Below, piece by piece: positions 46,676 through 57,638 of a stretch of DNA of 64,000 nucleotides. Below the pieces are notes generated by a model. The model had not been told where the DNA came from and did no database searches. It was given only the letters and a program-made list of their open reading frames with translations. Position 1 is the first letter of the stretch, and the number at the start of each line of letters is the position of its first letter. The translations under genes and the position numbers were made by a program. The stretch comes from an uncultured Saprospiraceae bacterium (lineage in GTDB: Bacteria; Bacteroidota; Bacteroidia; Chitinophagales; Saprospiraceae), in the NCBI GenBank assembly GCA_964577215.1, contig CAZNYK010000002.1, positions 9,093-73,092 on the forward strand, in the 5' to 3' direction.

Positions 46676-47287
46676 CTACTGAAAGGCAAACACCTCTTTA
46701 AGATCAATGACCAATTCGGGGAAAATGTGTGCGCGCAGCGGGTCATCATCCGTCACAGGCGCTAACCCGATGTACTTGCCCTCAGTGTTGAGAATATAGA
46801 TAAAAACAACGCGATCGGCAGGATTGACGATCCAGTACTCGCGCACACCAGCTTCCTCATACACCTGAAATTTCTCCCGCATTTCCTTGCGATTGTTACC
46901 CGGTGAGAGGATTTCCACCACCAGATCTGGTGCGCCGGCGCAGCCTCGCTCATCCAATTTACTTTCGTCGCAGATCACACAAAGATCGGGTTGAACTACC
47001 GTAGTGTCATTGCCTGTTTTTCGACTCACAGGAAGGCGTACATCAAAGGGGGCAGCATAAAGCCTGAAGGGTTTGTTGTGAAAATAGCTCCAAAGCAAGC
47101 CTGTGAGGTTAGTAGAGATTTCCTGATGGCTTCTGTTCGGCGCCGGACTCATACGAAACAGCCGCCCTCGAATCAACTCTACCCGCTCCTGGAACTCCCA
47201 CAGCAAATAATCGGCGTAGGTATAACTCCCTTCGGGGTCGAGATCGGACAGCTGCGTGATGCGCTCAGGTAAGCCTGTAGTAATCAT
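46676..47287 (-). CDS. Uma2 family (DUF820) PD-(D/E)xK endonuclease-like protein
   Basis: ELIRGRLFRMSPAPNRSHQ ... QPDLCVI ... PDLVVEILSPGN...K...Y...GVREYWIVNP matches the Uma2 pattern. Start set at ATG 47287. Confidence 0.75.
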   Translation of the reverse strand: MITTGLPERITQLSDLDPEGSYTYADYLLWEFQERVELIRGRLFRMSPAPNRSHQEISTNLTGLLWSYFHNKPFRLYAAPFDVRLPVSRKTGNDTTVVQPDLCVICDESKLDERGCAGAPDLVVEILSPGNNRKEMREKFQVYEEAGVREYWIVNPADRVVFIYILNTEGKYIGLAPVTDDDPLRAHIFPELVIDLKEVFAFQ

Positions 47288-47378
47288 TCGCACATTATTG
47301 ACCTCACAAAAATAGGCAATATAATGCTTACCTCCAATCCTGCCGGCCTGATTAGGATAGCATGGATAGCAAAAGCAG

Positions 47379-48362
47379 TCAGGCCAAGGATCTATGCATA
47401 ACCTTCCCAAACGGCAAATCCTCCAAATCTACGTTTCCGCCGCTCAGGATTATCCCCACGCGCCGGCCGGCAAATAGCTCCTTGTTTTGCAAAACAGCAG
47501 CCACCGGCACAGCGCAGGAAGGTTCGATAATGATCTTCATGCGCTCCCAAACCAGGCGCATTGCCTCGATAATGGCATCTTCAGAGACGGTGAAGATATC
47601 GTCTATGTGACTTTGAATAATTTCAAAGGTTTTATCGCCCAGATTCGTTCTCAGGCCATCGGCAATGGTATCAGTGGTAGTATTGACCTCTATACGGCCG
47701 GCTCGCAAAGAGCGCAGGGCGTCATCTACGGCACGAGGCTCGGCTCCGTAAACCATGGTATTAGGAGATATATAACGAGAGATCAACGCCGTGCCGCTCA
47801 TCAATCCGCCTCCGCCTATGGGCGCAATAATGGCATCCAACTCCTCAGTATCGTCAATCAGTTCTTTTGCAGCGGTTGCCTGACCTGCAATCACGTTGTA
47901 GTCGTTGTAAGGATGGATAAACACCGCGCCGGTGCGCGCCTGCACATCTGCGAGGGTGCTTTCGCGTGCAGCAAGGGTGGGTTCGCAGGGGATGATCTCC
48001 GCGCCGTAGCCTGCCGTTGCTACCATTTTGATGCGGGGTGCATTGGCAGGCATGACGATGTACGATTTGATACCGAGCACTTTGGCAGCGCGTGCGGTAG
48101 CTTGAGCGTGATTGCCGGAAGAGTGTGTGGCTATGCCTCGTTTGCGCTCTTCCTCGGTCAATCTCAGAACGGCGCTCGAAGCGCCGCGCATTTTGAACGC
48201 CCCGACTTTTTGGAAGTTTTCGCACTTGAAAAACAGTTTGGCGCCGCTGATGTCGTTGATACTGCGACACTTCAGCACCGGAGTGCGATGTATCATGTGA
48301 TTAATGGCCTCATGCGCTTCCTGGATGTCTTCCAAAGTGGGTATGCGATCCAATTTTTCCAT
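47379..48362 (-). CDS. PLP-dependent serine/threonine dehydratase (no ACT regulatory domain)
   Basis: PLP-lysine block FFKCENFQKVGAFKMRGA, HSSGNHAQ and a GGGGL glycine loop. 327 aa. Confidence 0.8.
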   Translation of the reverse strand: MEKLDRIPTLEDIQEAHEAINHMIHRTPVLKCRSINDISGAKLFFKCENFQKVGAFKMRGASSAVLRLTEEERKRGIATHSSGNHAQATARAAKVLGIKSYIVMPANAPRIKMVATAGYGAEIIPCEPTLAARESTLADVQARTGAVFIHPYNDYNVIAGQATAAKELIDDTEELDAIIAPIGGGGLMSGTALISRYISPNTMVYGAEPRAVDDALRSLRAGRIEVNTTTDTIADGLRTNLGDKTFEIIQSHIDDIFTVSEDAIIEAMRLVWERMKIIIEPSCAVPVAAVLQNKELFAGRRVGIILSGGNVDLEDLPFGKVMHRSLA

Positions 48363-48382
48363 GCGTTTGCAATTTATTGCGT

Positions 48383-50446
48383 TTAATGCAAAGGAGTTTT
48401 TCCCGCCAGATCAAGCAAAAATGCGTATTCCATAGCTGTTTCTCTGAACCTTTCGAACCGCCCGGAGGCGCCCCCATGTCCTGTTTCCATATTGGTCCAC
48501 AGCAAGAGTAAGTTTTCGTCAGTTTTCAGCGCGCGCATCTTTGCCACCCACTTGGCAGGTTCCCAATATTGCACTTGAGAATCGTGCAAGCCTGTAGTGA
48601 CCAGCATATTGGGATAGGCTTTTGCCTCAAGTTTGTCGTAAGGCGAGTAAGACTTCATGTATTCGTAATACACAGGGTCGTTGGGATTGCCCCATTCGTC
48701 GTACTCAAAAGTAGTAAGCGGGATGGTATCGTCGAACATGGTTGTGACGACATCCACAAAAGGAACGGCAGCTACGACGCCGCGCCAGAGTTCCGGCCGG
48801 AGATTCAGCACAGCGCCCATAAGCAGGCCGCCCGCGCTTCCTCCCATGGCAAACAAGTGCTCCGGCGAGGTGTAGCGCCGTGCGATAAGGTGTTCAGCAC
48901 AGTCAATAAAATCATTAAAGGAATTTTTCTTTTTCAATAGCTTGCCGCTTTCATACCAGTGCCGGCCCATTTCCTCCCCTCCCCGGATGTGGGCAATGGC
49001 AAAAGCGAAACCCCGGTCGAGCAAACTCAGTCGCACTGAGGAAAAGTAGGGGTCCATGCTCAATCCATACGAACCGTAAGCCGAAAGGAGCAAAGGACCT
49101 GAACCATCCCTGGGAAAATCGCGGCGAAAGACTATTGAAACAGGCACGCGTGCGCCATCCCTGGCTGTTACATAGATGCGTTCGGAAGTATAATCTCCTT
49201 TCTCAAAGCCGCCCAGAACAGCTTCCTGCTTCATCAGCTTAAGCGTTCTTTCCCGCATGTGGTAATCATATGTAGTGGCCGGGGTGGTAAGGGAAGTATA
49301 ACCCAGCCGTAGCACATGCGAATCAGGTTCGGGATTAATACCCGGGAAAGCCACGTAAGCCTCCTCGCCGAAATCGATGTAGTGGTCGGAACTGCCATCC
49401 ATGGTTTTGATGCGCAAATTAACGATGCCGTCAATGCGTTCGGAAAGCACCAAAAAATCATTAAAAAGTTCAACGCTTTCCAAAAGCACCTCCTTGCGGT
49501 GCGGCACCACCTCCTTCCAGTACTCTTTACTTGTTTGATCCTCAGAGGCCTCCATTAACCGGAAGTTCACGGCTGCCAGATTGGTGCGAATGTAGAACCG
49601 GTTGCCGATATGGTCAATGCTGTATTCCAGGTCGCGCTCCCTGGGATGGATAACGCAAAAACTCCCACGGGGATCATCGGCTTCCAACACCCGGTATTCA
49701 TCTGAAACGGTAGCGGAAGAGCCGATGATGATATACTTTCGCGATTTGGATTTTGAAACAAAAGTGCTGAAGGTCTCATCGGCTTCGAAAAACACTTCCA
49801 CATCCTCCTCAACCGGAGAGCCCAGCGCGTGCCGCTTGATCCGGCAAGCTCTAAGGGTTTGCGGGTCTTTGCCCGTGTAAAAAACCGTTTGGCTGTCGGC
49901 GGCCCATACGGCATGGCCGGTCACTCCTGCTATCTGGTCCGGCAGCCATTCTCCGGTTTCGAGGTCTTTGAATCTCAGCGTATAGATGCGCCTGCTTTGG
50001 GTATCCTCGCCGAAAGCCAGCAGGCGGTTGTCCGGGCTTACAGAAAGCCCTGCAACGGCGTAATAAGCATGCGGCTCGGAAAGTTGGTTCACATCCAGCA
50101 ACAATTCTTCAGGGGCCTCCAAGCTTCCTTTTTTGCGCGAATAGACAGCGTACTCTTTGCCTTCTTCGTACCGGGTTATATACCAGTAACCATTGAAAAA
50201 ATAGGGCACCGACTGGTCTTCCTGCTTGAACCGGGCAACGATCTCCCGGAACAACTGCTCCCGAAATTCTTTGGTATGGGCAGTCATGGCCTCCAAATAC
50301 TCGTTCTCAGCCTTCAGGTATTCGATCACTTCCGGGTTCTCCCGTTCCTTGAGCCAGTAATAATCATCAGTGCGGACATCGCCGTGGGCAGTCAAAACCT
50401 TGGGTCGCCTGGGCGCAATTGGCGCGGGGATTTTATCTTTGGACAT
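48383..50446 (-). CDS. ptrB: S9A prolyl oligopeptidase family, oligopeptidase B-like
   Basis: N-terminus PPIAPRRPKVLTAHGDVRTDDYYWLKERENPEVIEYLKAEN. Catalytic GGSAGGLL and C-terminal GHGG. Start set at ATG 50446. Confidence 0.85.
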   Translation of the reverse strand: MSKDKIPAPIAPRRPKVLTAHGDVRTDDYYWLKERENPEVIEYLKAENEYLEAMTAHTKEFREQLFREIVARFKQEDQSVPYFFNGYWYITRYEEGKEYAVYSRKKGSLEAPEELLLDVNQLSEPHAYYAVAGLSVSPDNRLLAFGEDTQSRRIYTLRFKDLETGEWLPDQIAGVTGHAVWAADSQTVFYTGKDPQTLRACRIKRHALGSPVEEDVEVFFEADETFSTFVSKSKSRKYIIIGSSATVSDEYRVLEADDPRGSFCVIHPRERDLEYSIDHIGNRFYIRTNLAAVNFRLMEASEDQTSKEYWKEVVPHRKEVLLESVELFNDFLVLSERIDGIVNLRIKTMDGSSDHYIDFGEEAYVAFPGINPEPDSHVLRLGYTSLTTPATTYDYHMRERTLKLMKQEAVLGGFEKGDYTSERIYVTARDGARVPVSIVFRRDFPRDGSGPLLLSAYGSYGLSMDPYFSSVRLSLLDRGFAFAIAHIRGGEEMGRHWYESGKLLKKKNSFNDFIDCAEHLIARRYTSPEHLFAMGGSAGGLLMGAVLNLRPELWRGVVAAVPFVDVVTTMFDDTIPLTTFEYDEWGNPNDPVYYEYMKSYSPYDKLEAKAYPNMLVTTGLHDSQVQYWEPAKWVAKMRALKTDENLLLLWTNMETGHGGASGRFERFRETAMEYAFLLDLAGKTPLH

Positions 50447-50564
50447 AATTTCAAGATTCCGGCGCAAAGAAAACAAAAAACCGGCAGGATTAACGTCCGT
50501 TGCCCTGGAAAAGGCAACCCTGCCCCATTCCTTTTTGTTCTTATTGCGCTTCATACACGCTATC

Positions 50565-51215
50565 ATGTATCAAAAAATATTACAGGAACTAGAGCCCTAC
50601 GGCGCTCGCCTGATTGCCGTAACCAAAACCAAACCGGAGGAAGCTATTCTCGATCTTTATGCCCAGGGACAACGCGATTTCGGGGAAAACCGCGTGCAGG
50701 AACTCCTGCCCAAGTACGAAAACCTGCCTAAAGACATTCGCTGGCACCTCATCGGCCACCTGCAACGCAACAAAGTGAAATATATCGCTCCCTTTGTCCA
50801 CCTTATCCACTCTGTGGACAGCATGGAGCTACTCCAGGAAATTGACAAACAGGCCCGAAAGCATGATCGCGTCATCAACTGTCTGCTCCAGTTCCATATT
50901 GCGCAGGAAGAAACCAAATTCGGACTGCAACTGGAAGAGGTGCTCAACTGGCCGCAGGAAGGCCTGGAAAAGCTTGATGCCGTTCGCCTGTGCGGCGTAA
51001 TGGGCATGGCCACCTTCACCGACGACGAAACGCAGGTACGCGCTGAATTCGTCCACCTCAGGAATATCTTCGATGCAATAAAAGGACGCTTCTTTGCCGG
51101 CACCGCGTATTTCCGCGAAATATCCATGGGAATGTCGGACGACTACCACCTTGCTCTTCAGGAAGGAAGCACTATGGTACGCATTGGCACGCTGCTGTTT
51201 GGGGAGAGGATGTAG
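50565..51215 (+). CDS. yggS: YggS family pyridoxal-phosphate homeostasis protein
   Basis: LIAVTKTKP (PLP lysine), FGENRVQE, WHLIGHLQRNK and SMGMSDDY motifs. ATG 50565. Confidence 0.85.
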   Translation: MYQKILQELEPYGARLIAVTKTKPEEAILDLYAQGQRDFGENRVQELLPKYENLPKDIRWHLIGHLQRNKVKYIAPFVHLIHSVDSMELLQEIDKQARKHDRVINCLLQFHIAQEETKFGLQLEEVLNWPQEGLEKLDAVRLCGVMGMATFTDDETQVRAEFVHLRNIFDAIKGRFFAGTAYFREISMGMSDDYHLALQEGSTMVRIGTLLFGERM

Positions 51216-51258
51216 CTCGCAGCTATTGCTTATCTTTACGCCACATAATCCAAAGACC

Positions 51259-54200
51259 ATGAGAAAACTGCTGCCACTGCTTTTCCTCTTTCCGTTTACC
51301 GGCGCCGCACAAACGCTCATCGGCGGCGTAGTCAACGAATACGCTGTTGTCACGGGTATCGACTACTGCGCCGCTACGGTAAGCGTCAACAACGCATCCA
51401 CCTTTTCCGCGGGCAACCGCGTGTTGCTCATCCAAATGAAAGGCGCGGAGATCAATGCGTCCAATACTTCAGCATTCGGTACCATCACCAACCTCAACTC
51501 TGCCGGCCTCTACGAATGGGGCACGGTAGAATCCATCACCGGCAATGGGGTGCTTCTTCAAAATACTTTGGTAAACGTCTATGACATAAGCGGTAACGTC
51601 CAGCTTATTAAAGTCCCACAATATACCGATGCTGTCGTCACGGCGCCGCTCAGCGCACCTGCATGGAACGGCAATACCGGCGGCGTGCTGGCGCTCGAAG
51701 TTTCGGGACAACTCACCCTGCAAGCCGACGTCGATCTCAGCGGAAAAGGTTTCCGGGGCGCCGCCACCGGCATAACGCAAGCCAATAACTGCACATGGCT
51801 GGCAAACCAAAACGATTATTTCTATGCCCTCAACAATTGGCGCGGCGCCGCCAAAGGCGAAGGAATAGCGGCATTTATCACGGGGGCAGAGGCCGGGCGC
51901 GGCGCCCAGGCCAATGGAGGTGGAGGCGGAAATGACCACAACTCCGGTGGTGGAGGCGGAGGACATCTCAACGCCGGCGGTCAGGGAGGAAACAATAATG
52001 AACCGGCAACTTTCGGGTGCGATGGCGACTTTCCCGGCATTGGCGGCCGCGCCGTTACAAATGCAGGCGAGAGGCTTTTCCTGGGCGGAGGCGCAGGCGC
52101 AGGCCACGACAATAATGATCTCGGCACCGACGGAGGCAATGGCGGTGGCATTATTCTCATCGCCGCGGGCAGCATAACAGGCAACGGCTACAAACTCATG
52201 GCCAATGGCGCAAGCGCTGCCAATAGCCTCAGCGACGGAGCGGGCGGAGGCGGCGCAGGAGGTTCCATCATCATCTCTGCAGAAACCGTTACCAACCTGG
52301 GATTTGAAGCCAAAGGCGGCAACGGCGGAAATGCCGACAACGGGAATGCCCCCCGGTGCATGGGTCCCGGCGGGGGCGGCGCAGGCGGGCGCATCATCGT
52401 ACCCGCAAGCGTAACTGTGCCTGCAGCAAGCTTCGCTCCCGGCCAAAACGGCCAGAGCATCAACTCCACGGCTTGCAGTGCCGGCCCCAACGGTGCGCAG
52501 GCCGGTCTGGCCGGCGCATTGGAAACGCTGCAACTCCCCTTCCCCGAAGGCAATACCCCTGCTGTCGCGCCGGCCTTCAGCAACCAACCAGCTTCTGCAG
52601 GCTACTGCGCCGGCGACACTGTAGTGCTGAGCGCTACCGTATCCGGAGCAGGGCTTGGCTACCAATGGCAGTTCAATACCGGCAGCGGCTTCCAGGACTT
52701 GCAAAACGGCCCCGGCTTTTCCGGCGCCCAAACCCCTACCCTTTCGATACTGAATGTAAACGCCTCCGCATCGGGGCATCAATTCCGGCTATTGGTCAGT
52801 AGCCCCTGTTTTCCTTCTCTTACTTCGGATGCCGCAACACTAACCGTTACGCCTTTGCCGGAAGCAGACTTCGGCTTTATGGTGAATGGAAATGCCGTGC
52901 AGTTTTCCAACAACTCTGCCGGCGCCGATACTTTCCAGTGGCATTTCGGCGACGGGTCGGGCAGCCAGGACTCCTCGCCCACGCATACATACACGGGCAG
53001 CGGCGCCTTCACCGTGCACCTCATTGCCTTCAATACCTGCGGCGCAGATACAGCCTCAGCTACGATCCCTATCACGACGGCGCCCACTGCCGGCTTCTCC
53101 GCCGCCCCGCAGTCGGGTTGCGCTCCGCTTACTGTCGCTTTCAACAGCAGCGCCTCCGCGAATGCAGATGCGTACCTGTGGCTGTTCCCCGGCGGGCAGC
53201 CCGCAAGCTCTGCCCTGCCCGGCCCCCAGGTGGTTTACGATCAGCCCGGCAGCTATGGCGTAACCCTTATCGTGAGCAATGCTGCAGGGGAAGATACGCT
53301 TGTGCTGGAACAGTACGTCTCGGTTGAAGGCCCGCCGGAGGCTTCATTCAATGCGCAGCCTGCCGGAGGGTTTTCCTTTAATTTTGCCAATACCTCGCAA
53401 AGCGCTACCAATTATCAATGGGACTTCGGCGATGGAGCGAACAGCAGCAACGCCAATCCTGCGCATACCTATGCTTCGCCTGGTGTGTATTCCGTCGTGC
53501 TTACCGCCATGAATGCGTGCGGATCAGACACTTACACCACATCAATTACAGCGGGACAGCCGCCCTCAGCCGCCTTCGGCCAATCGGCAGCTGAGGGCTG
53601 TGCGCCGGTGGCGGTGCAGTTCAGCGACCTGTCCACCGGGTTTTACACCACCCGGCAGTGGTCATTCCCCGGCGGAAACCCGGCCACCTCCGATCTGGCC
53701 GCTCCCACGGTGATATACGCCATGCCCGGCGTCTATGAGGTAGCACTGACAGTTGATGGCCCGCTCGGCAGCGCTACATTTACCCGCAGCACGGCAGTGC
53801 AGGTATATACCTTCCCCGAGCCGGGCTTTACCTATGCGATCAACGGCAATACCGTCACGTTTGAAAACACATCCTCCAACGCCGTGAGCTATTCCTGGCT
53901 CTTCGGTGACGGCAATTCCAGCCAGGAGATTTCGCCGGTGCATACCTACGCAGCCCCTGGCGTTTATACCGTGACGCTCAATGCAGAACGGCCTTTTTGC
54001 GCGGCGAGCACTTCGGCTACGGTGTTTATCTCCACCACTACCTCGACCACAGAAACCGGCAAAAGCGACGACTTGACGGTTTTTCCCAACCCGGCCCATG
54101 ACCTGCTGCACCTGCGCTGGAAGGATGCCGCCACCCAACCCGCCCGGTACCGCCTGTGGAATGCCGCCGGCATGTTGGTGAAAGACGGCATCCTGCCGGC

Positions 54201-54300
54201 CGCCGGTAGTATTGATCTGCACGGGCTTCCCTGTGGGGTGTATTTGCTTGAAGTTGAGCGGAGTGGGAAGGTGTACAGGGCAAGGGTAGTGAAGGTGTAA
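51259..54300 (+). CDS. T9SS cargo: large secreted protein with Gly-rich beta-helix-like region, Ig-like segment, five PKD domains and a type A C-terminal sorting domain
   Basis: Signal peptide [19 protein letters not shown] (ATG 51259). [17 protein letters not shown]... runs at about 51900-52400. PKD repeats at about 52860-54030 (W.FGDG....P.H.Y...G.Y). C-terminus [16 protein letters not shown]...[21 protein letters not shown]. Confidence 0.85.
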   Translation: MRKLLPLLFLFPFTGAAQTLIGGVVNEYAVVTGIDYCAATVSVNNASTFSAGNRVLLIQMKGAEINASNTSAFGTITNLNSAGLYEWGTVESITGNGVLLQNTLVNVYDISGNVQLIKVPQYTDAVVTAPLSAPAWNGNTGGVLALEVSGQLTLQADVDLSGKGFRGAATGITQANNCTWLANQNDYFYALNNWRGAAKGEGIAAFITGAEAGRGAQANGGGGGNDHNSGGGGGGHLNAGGQGGNNNEPATFGCDGDFPGIGGRAVTNAGERLFLGGGAGAGHDNNDLGTDGGNGGGIILIAAGSITGNGYKLMANGASAANSLSDGAGGGGAGGSIIISAETVTNLGFEAKGGNGGNADNGNAPRCMGPGGGGAGGRIIVPASVTVPAASFAPGQNGQSINSTACSAGPNGAQAGLAGALETLQLPFPEGNTPAVAPAFSNQPASAGYCAGDTVVLSATVSGAGLGYQWQFNTGSGFQDLQNGPGFSGAQTPTLSILNVNASASGHQFRLLVSSPCFPSLTSDAATLTVTPLPEADFGFMVNGNAVQFSNNSAGADTFQWHFGDGSGSQDSSPTHTYTGSGAFTVHLIAFNTCGADTASATIPITTAPTAGFSAAPQSGCAPLTVAFNSSASANADAYLWLFPGGQPASSALPGPQVVYDQPGSYGVTLIVSNAAGEDTLVLEQYVSVEGPPEASFNAQPAGGFSFNFANTSQSATNYQWDFGDGANSSNANPAHTYASPGVYSVVLTAMNACGSDTYTTSITAGQPPSAAFGQSAAEGCAPVAVQFSDLSTGFYTTRQWSFPGGNPATSDLAAPTVIYAMPGVYEVALTVDGPLGSATFTRSTAVQVYTFPEPGFTYAINGNTVTFENTSSNAVSYSWLFGDGNSSQEISPVHTYAAPGVYTVTLNAERPFCAASTSATVFISTTTSTTETGKSDDLTVFPNPAHDLLHLRWKDAATQPARYRLWNAAGMLVKDGILPAAGSIDLHGLPCGVYLLEVERSGKVYRARVVKV

Positions 54301-54349
54301 GAAAAAACCCTACCTTCGCCCCTCATTTTTTGAATACCGATTTCCGCAC

Positions 54350-55930
54350 ATGGATTTTATTGAAGAATTGCATCGCCGGCGCACCTTCGGCATCATCAGC
54401 CACCCCGACGCCGGAAAAACCACGCTTACTGAAAAGTTGCTGCTCTTCGGCGGCGCCATACAGATAGCCGGCGCCGTCAAGTCGAACAAAATCAAACGCA
54501 GCGCCACCTCGGATTTCATGGAAATCGAGCGGCAGCGTGGTATTTCCGTGGCTACATCGGTAATGGCGTTCGATTACAAACACCTGAAGATCAACATACT
54601 CGATACGCCGGGCCACCAGGATTTTGCGGAAGACACCTACCGGACGCTCACTGCGGTAGACAGCGCCATAGTAGTGATAGACGTAGCCAAAGGCGTAGAA
54701 TCACAAACCGAAAAATTGGTGGAAGTTTGCCGTATGCGCAACACCCCGATCATTGTCTTTATCAATAAATTAGACCGGGAAGGCAAAGACGCCTTCGACC
54801 TCCTGGATGAAGTAGAACAAAAACTCGGCCTCAGGGTACGTCCGCTGAGTTGGCCCATCGGCATGGGGCAGCGCTTTAAGGGAGTTTACAGCATGTACGA
54901 GCAAAAGTTGGTGCTCTTTCGCCCGCACGGCAAGCAGGAAGAGGAAGACCGGATAGAAATCACCGACCTGAAAAGCGATGCCCTGGAGCAGCACATCGGC
55001 CCGCGCGATGCCGCCACCCTCCGCGAAGAAGTGGAAATGGTAGAGACGGTTTATCCTGCATTCCATCGTGAAGATTACCTGCAAGGGCATTTGTCGCCGG
55101 TATTTTTCGGCAGCGCCGTGAACAACTTCGGCGTGCGAGAACTATTAGACTGCTTCACCGACATTGCCCCTCCACCCTTGGCCCGGCATACTGAGGAGCG
55201 CATTGTAGAGCCTGAAGAGGAGCGGTTTTCCGGGTTTGTATTCAAGATACACGCCAATATGGACCCCAACCACCGCGACCGTGTGGCGTTCATGAGGGTC
55301 TGTTCCGGCAAGTTTGAACGCAATACGCCATACCTGCACGTGCGCCAGAACCGGAAACTCAAATTCTCCAACCCTACCTCCTTTATGGCGGAGAAAAAAA
55401 CCGTGGTGGACGAAGCGTTTCCTGGCGATGTGGTAGGCCTTTACGATTCCGGCAACTTCAAAATAGGGGACTCCCTGACCGAAGGCGAATCCCTGCACTT
55501 CAAGGGCATACCCAGTTTTTCGCCTGAACAATTCCGTTACGTGAATAATGCCGACCCGCTTAAAGCCAAACAATTGGCCAAAGGTCTCGAGCAGTTGATG
55601 GACGAAGGAGTTGCACAGCTTTTCACCCGTGAAATGGACGGGCGCAAGATCATCGGCACGGTGGGCGCTCTGCAGTTCGATGTACTTCAGTATCGCCTGC
55701 AGCACGAGTACGGCGCATCGGTGCTGTACGAGCCGGTCAACCTCTACAAAGCCTGTTGGGTAACCTGCCCCAAAGAGCAGGTCATGAAGGAATTCCTGCA
55801 GCGCCGCCGCAGGGATATTGCCCACGACAAGGAAGGAAACTTGGTTTTCCTGGCGGAATCGGCATGGCAACTCAAAACAGTGCAGGAGAATTTTCCCGAC
55901 ATGGAATTCCACTTCACCAGCGAATACTAA
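54350..55930 (+). CDS. prfC: peptide chain release factor 3 (GTPase)
   Basis: [30 protein letters not shown] and NKLDR G-motifs. 526 aa. Confidence 0.95.
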   Translation: MDFIEELHRRRTFGIISHPDAGKTTLTEKLLLFGGAIQIAGAVKSNKIKRSATSDFMEIERQRGISVATSVMAFDYKHLKINILDTPGHQDFAEDTYRTLTAVDSAIVVIDVAKGVESQTEKLVEVCRMRNTPIIVFINKLDREGKDAFDLLDEVEQKLGLRVRPLSWPIGMGQRFKGVYSMYEQKLVLFRPHGKQEEEDRIEITDLKSDALEQHIGPRDAATLREEVEMVETVYPAFHREDYLQGHLSPVFFGSAVNNFGVRELLDCFTDIAPPPLARHTEERIVEPEEERFSGFVFKIHANMDPNHRDRVAFMRVCSGKFERNTPYLHVRQNRKLKFSNPTSFMAEKKTVVDEAFPGDVVGLYDSGNFKIGDSLTEGESLHFKGIPSFSPEQFRYVNNADPLKAKQLAKGLEQLMDEGVAQLFTREMDGRKIIGTVGALQFDVLQYRLQHEYGASVLYEPVNLYKACWVTCPKEQVMKEFLQRRRRDIAHDKEGNLVFLAESAWQLKTVQENFPDMEFHFTSEY

Positions 55931-56093
55931 AGACAGCCCCATTTCCTCACCGGCAGGACCGTCGGAGGGCATGGAAATATGCGCAGCACCAAATTCGTCT
56001 ATATATTTGCCAATCGCGTAGATGTATTTTGCATTTGGCCGCGCCCCGCGCGACCTTGCGCCCGTCTTTGTAGCTAAGAATTGAGTTGGACTT

Positions 56094-56873
56094 ATGAAAA
56101 ACAAAAACGTCGCCGGCGTATTGGCTTTATTGGCCGGCATATTCGGCACACATCGCTTTTATCTGGGGCAGCGTTTCCTCGGCGCCCTGTATTTCCTGAT
56201 GTTTTTTGGCGGTATGGCAATGGTTTTCGATAATGAACCGCCCATCCTGTTATTGCTGCCGGTATTGCTGAGCATAGTAGATGCAATAGTCTTTTTTGCT
56301 ATGCCCTGGGAAGACTTTGACCGGAGATATAACAAAGCTTATTTCAAACGGCAGGAAAAAGAAAAAGAACGCATCCTTACTCCCCCCGCGCCGGAGCCCT
56401 CGCGGCCGGCCGCTCAGTTTGATCACCAAAAGAGGGAAGGTATCAGAAAATTCAGGGCCTACGACTTCAGCGGCGCCGTGTCAAACTTCCTGGAAGCTTT
56501 GAGAATAAGGAGAAACGATCCGGCTACCTGCTTTAACCTTGCCTGTTGCTACAGCATGCTGGAACAGTCCGGGCCGGCATTCTATTACCTCGAACTGGCG
56601 GTGGCCAATGGATTTGAGGACCTGGAAAAGATCAACCAGCATCAGGCGCTAGCTTTTGTGCGGGCACAACCCGAATTTGAAGAATTCCTCCAGAAAAACT
56701 CCCCCGAACCGGGCGTTGAGCCGGCAGAAGAAACGGAATTCCTCGATTTGAATCTGCAAGAAGCAACAGAAATACCGGAGCCGCTGCTCAAGCTCGAAGA
56801 CCTCAAAAACCGGGGCATCCTCACCGAGGAAGAGTTTGAAATGCAGAAGCAGCGTATGTTTGGATTCCGGTAA
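56094..56873 (+). CDS. TM2 domain / TPR-like / SHOCT domain membrane protein
   Basis: N-terminal TM2-type NVAGVLALLAGIFGTHRFYLGQ. A central TPR-like helix pair (AVSNFLEALRIRRNDPATCFNLACCY). C-terminal LEDLKNRGILTEEEFEMQKQRM is a SHOCT motif. Confidence 0.7.
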   Translation: MKNKNVAGVLALLAGIFGTHRFYLGQRFLGALYFLMFFGGMAMVFDNEPPILLLLPVLLSIVDAIVFFAMPWEDFDRRYNKAYFKRQEKEKERILTPPAPEPSRPAAQFDHQKREGIRKFRAYDFSGAVSNFLEALRIRRNDPATCFNLACCYSMLEQSGPAFYYLELAVANGFEDLEKINQHQALAFVRAQPEFEEFLQKNSPEPGVEPAEETEFLDLNLQEATEIPEPLLKLEDLKNRGILTEEEFEMQKQRMFGFR

Positions 56874-56875
56874 AG

Positions 56876-57532
56876 CTATTTCATATCCTGCTTCTCTTTT
56901 CCAAGTTGTTGCAAAAAGGCAGGGTAACCGTAGCTCTGATCCGGGGTCAAAGTCAACCCGGGAAGTTCTGCGGAAAAAGCATCCATGACCTTTAAAAGAT
57001 TTTGCCTTGCCTTACCTTCGGCGCTAAACGCCTCCGCAGCAAAAGTAAACCAGGTTTGCCCCGGCAATTGAAGACGGGTCAGTTCTATTCCACACCCTTC
57101 TTCGAGCAGAAAAGGTTGATCCATGAGTACCACACGGCCCTCTTCTCTCAACTCGTACAAAACAAGCAGGCGTTCCTTGAACACGGGTATCCACTCGCCG
57201 GCGCCGTAATGCCGCGTAATCCCCAACACCTCATCTGTGCCCCCCTCCCGCGTAGGCGCAAGGCGAAAACTCCACTTGCGCCAGTATTCCATCCGCCCGC
57301 AAACGCCAGGGCTGAAATGCCGGATAAGCGGATTTTTCAGTCGTTCTTTAACCTCGATGTTACCTTCGCGCAACTTAATGCCAATATCTTTCCGTTTGGG
57401 TTGCCGCAAATAAAAATCACAACGCAGCGGTCCGCCGCCCGGGTGGAATGTCATTCCCCTTCGCCGGAACCAATCTGCCAGGAGTTGGGGCGGTTGCTGA
57501 AAAAACCAACGGACTTCATAGCTCAGGAACAT
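56876..57532 (-). CDS. hypothetical protein, possibly CYTH-like (triphosphate tunnel) fold
   Basis: 218 aa. The alternating charged beta-strand pattern YEVRWFF ... CDFYLR ... IGIKLREGNIEVKER ... CGIELTRL is reminiscent of CYTH domains. Weak, by eye. Confidence 0.4.
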   Translation of the reverse strand: MFLSYEVRWFFQQPPQLLADWFRRRGMTFHPGGGPLRCDFYLRQPKRKDIGIKLREGNIEVKERLKNPLIRHFSPGVCGRMEYWRKWSFRLAPTREGGTDEVLGITRHYGAGEWIPVFKERLLVLYELREEGRVVLMDQPFLLEEGCGIELTRLQLPGQTWFTFAAEAFSAEGKARQNLLKVMDAFSAELPGLTLTPDQSYGYPAFLQQLGKEKQDMK

Positions 57533-57638
57533 GCCCTTGGAACAAATTTTGAAAATATCTGACCAAACCTGAAAATCTCAAAACTTTTTGCTGCTGCAAA
57601 CGTATCACATGGACAATTGAAAACCAAAAAAATGGATC

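Noticed and set aside
47487-48386. 299-aa + strand ORF antisense to the PLP-dependent dehydratase
   Set aside because: Antisense artefact. The minus-strand frame carries the PLP-lysine motif.
49829-50731. 300-aa + strand ORF overlapping ptrB (antisense) and the yggS start region
   Set aside because: No motifs. Both overlapped genes are well supported in other frames.
51469-52782. 437-aa minus-strand ORF antisense to the Gly-rich part of the T9SS cargo gene
   Set aside because: It is produced by GGN/GCC repeat DNA. The sense frame has a signal peptide, PKD domains and a T9SS CTD.
55145-56149. 334-aa minus-strand ORF antisense to prfC
   Set aside because: prfC has complete GTPase motifs on the + strand, so this is an antisense artefact.
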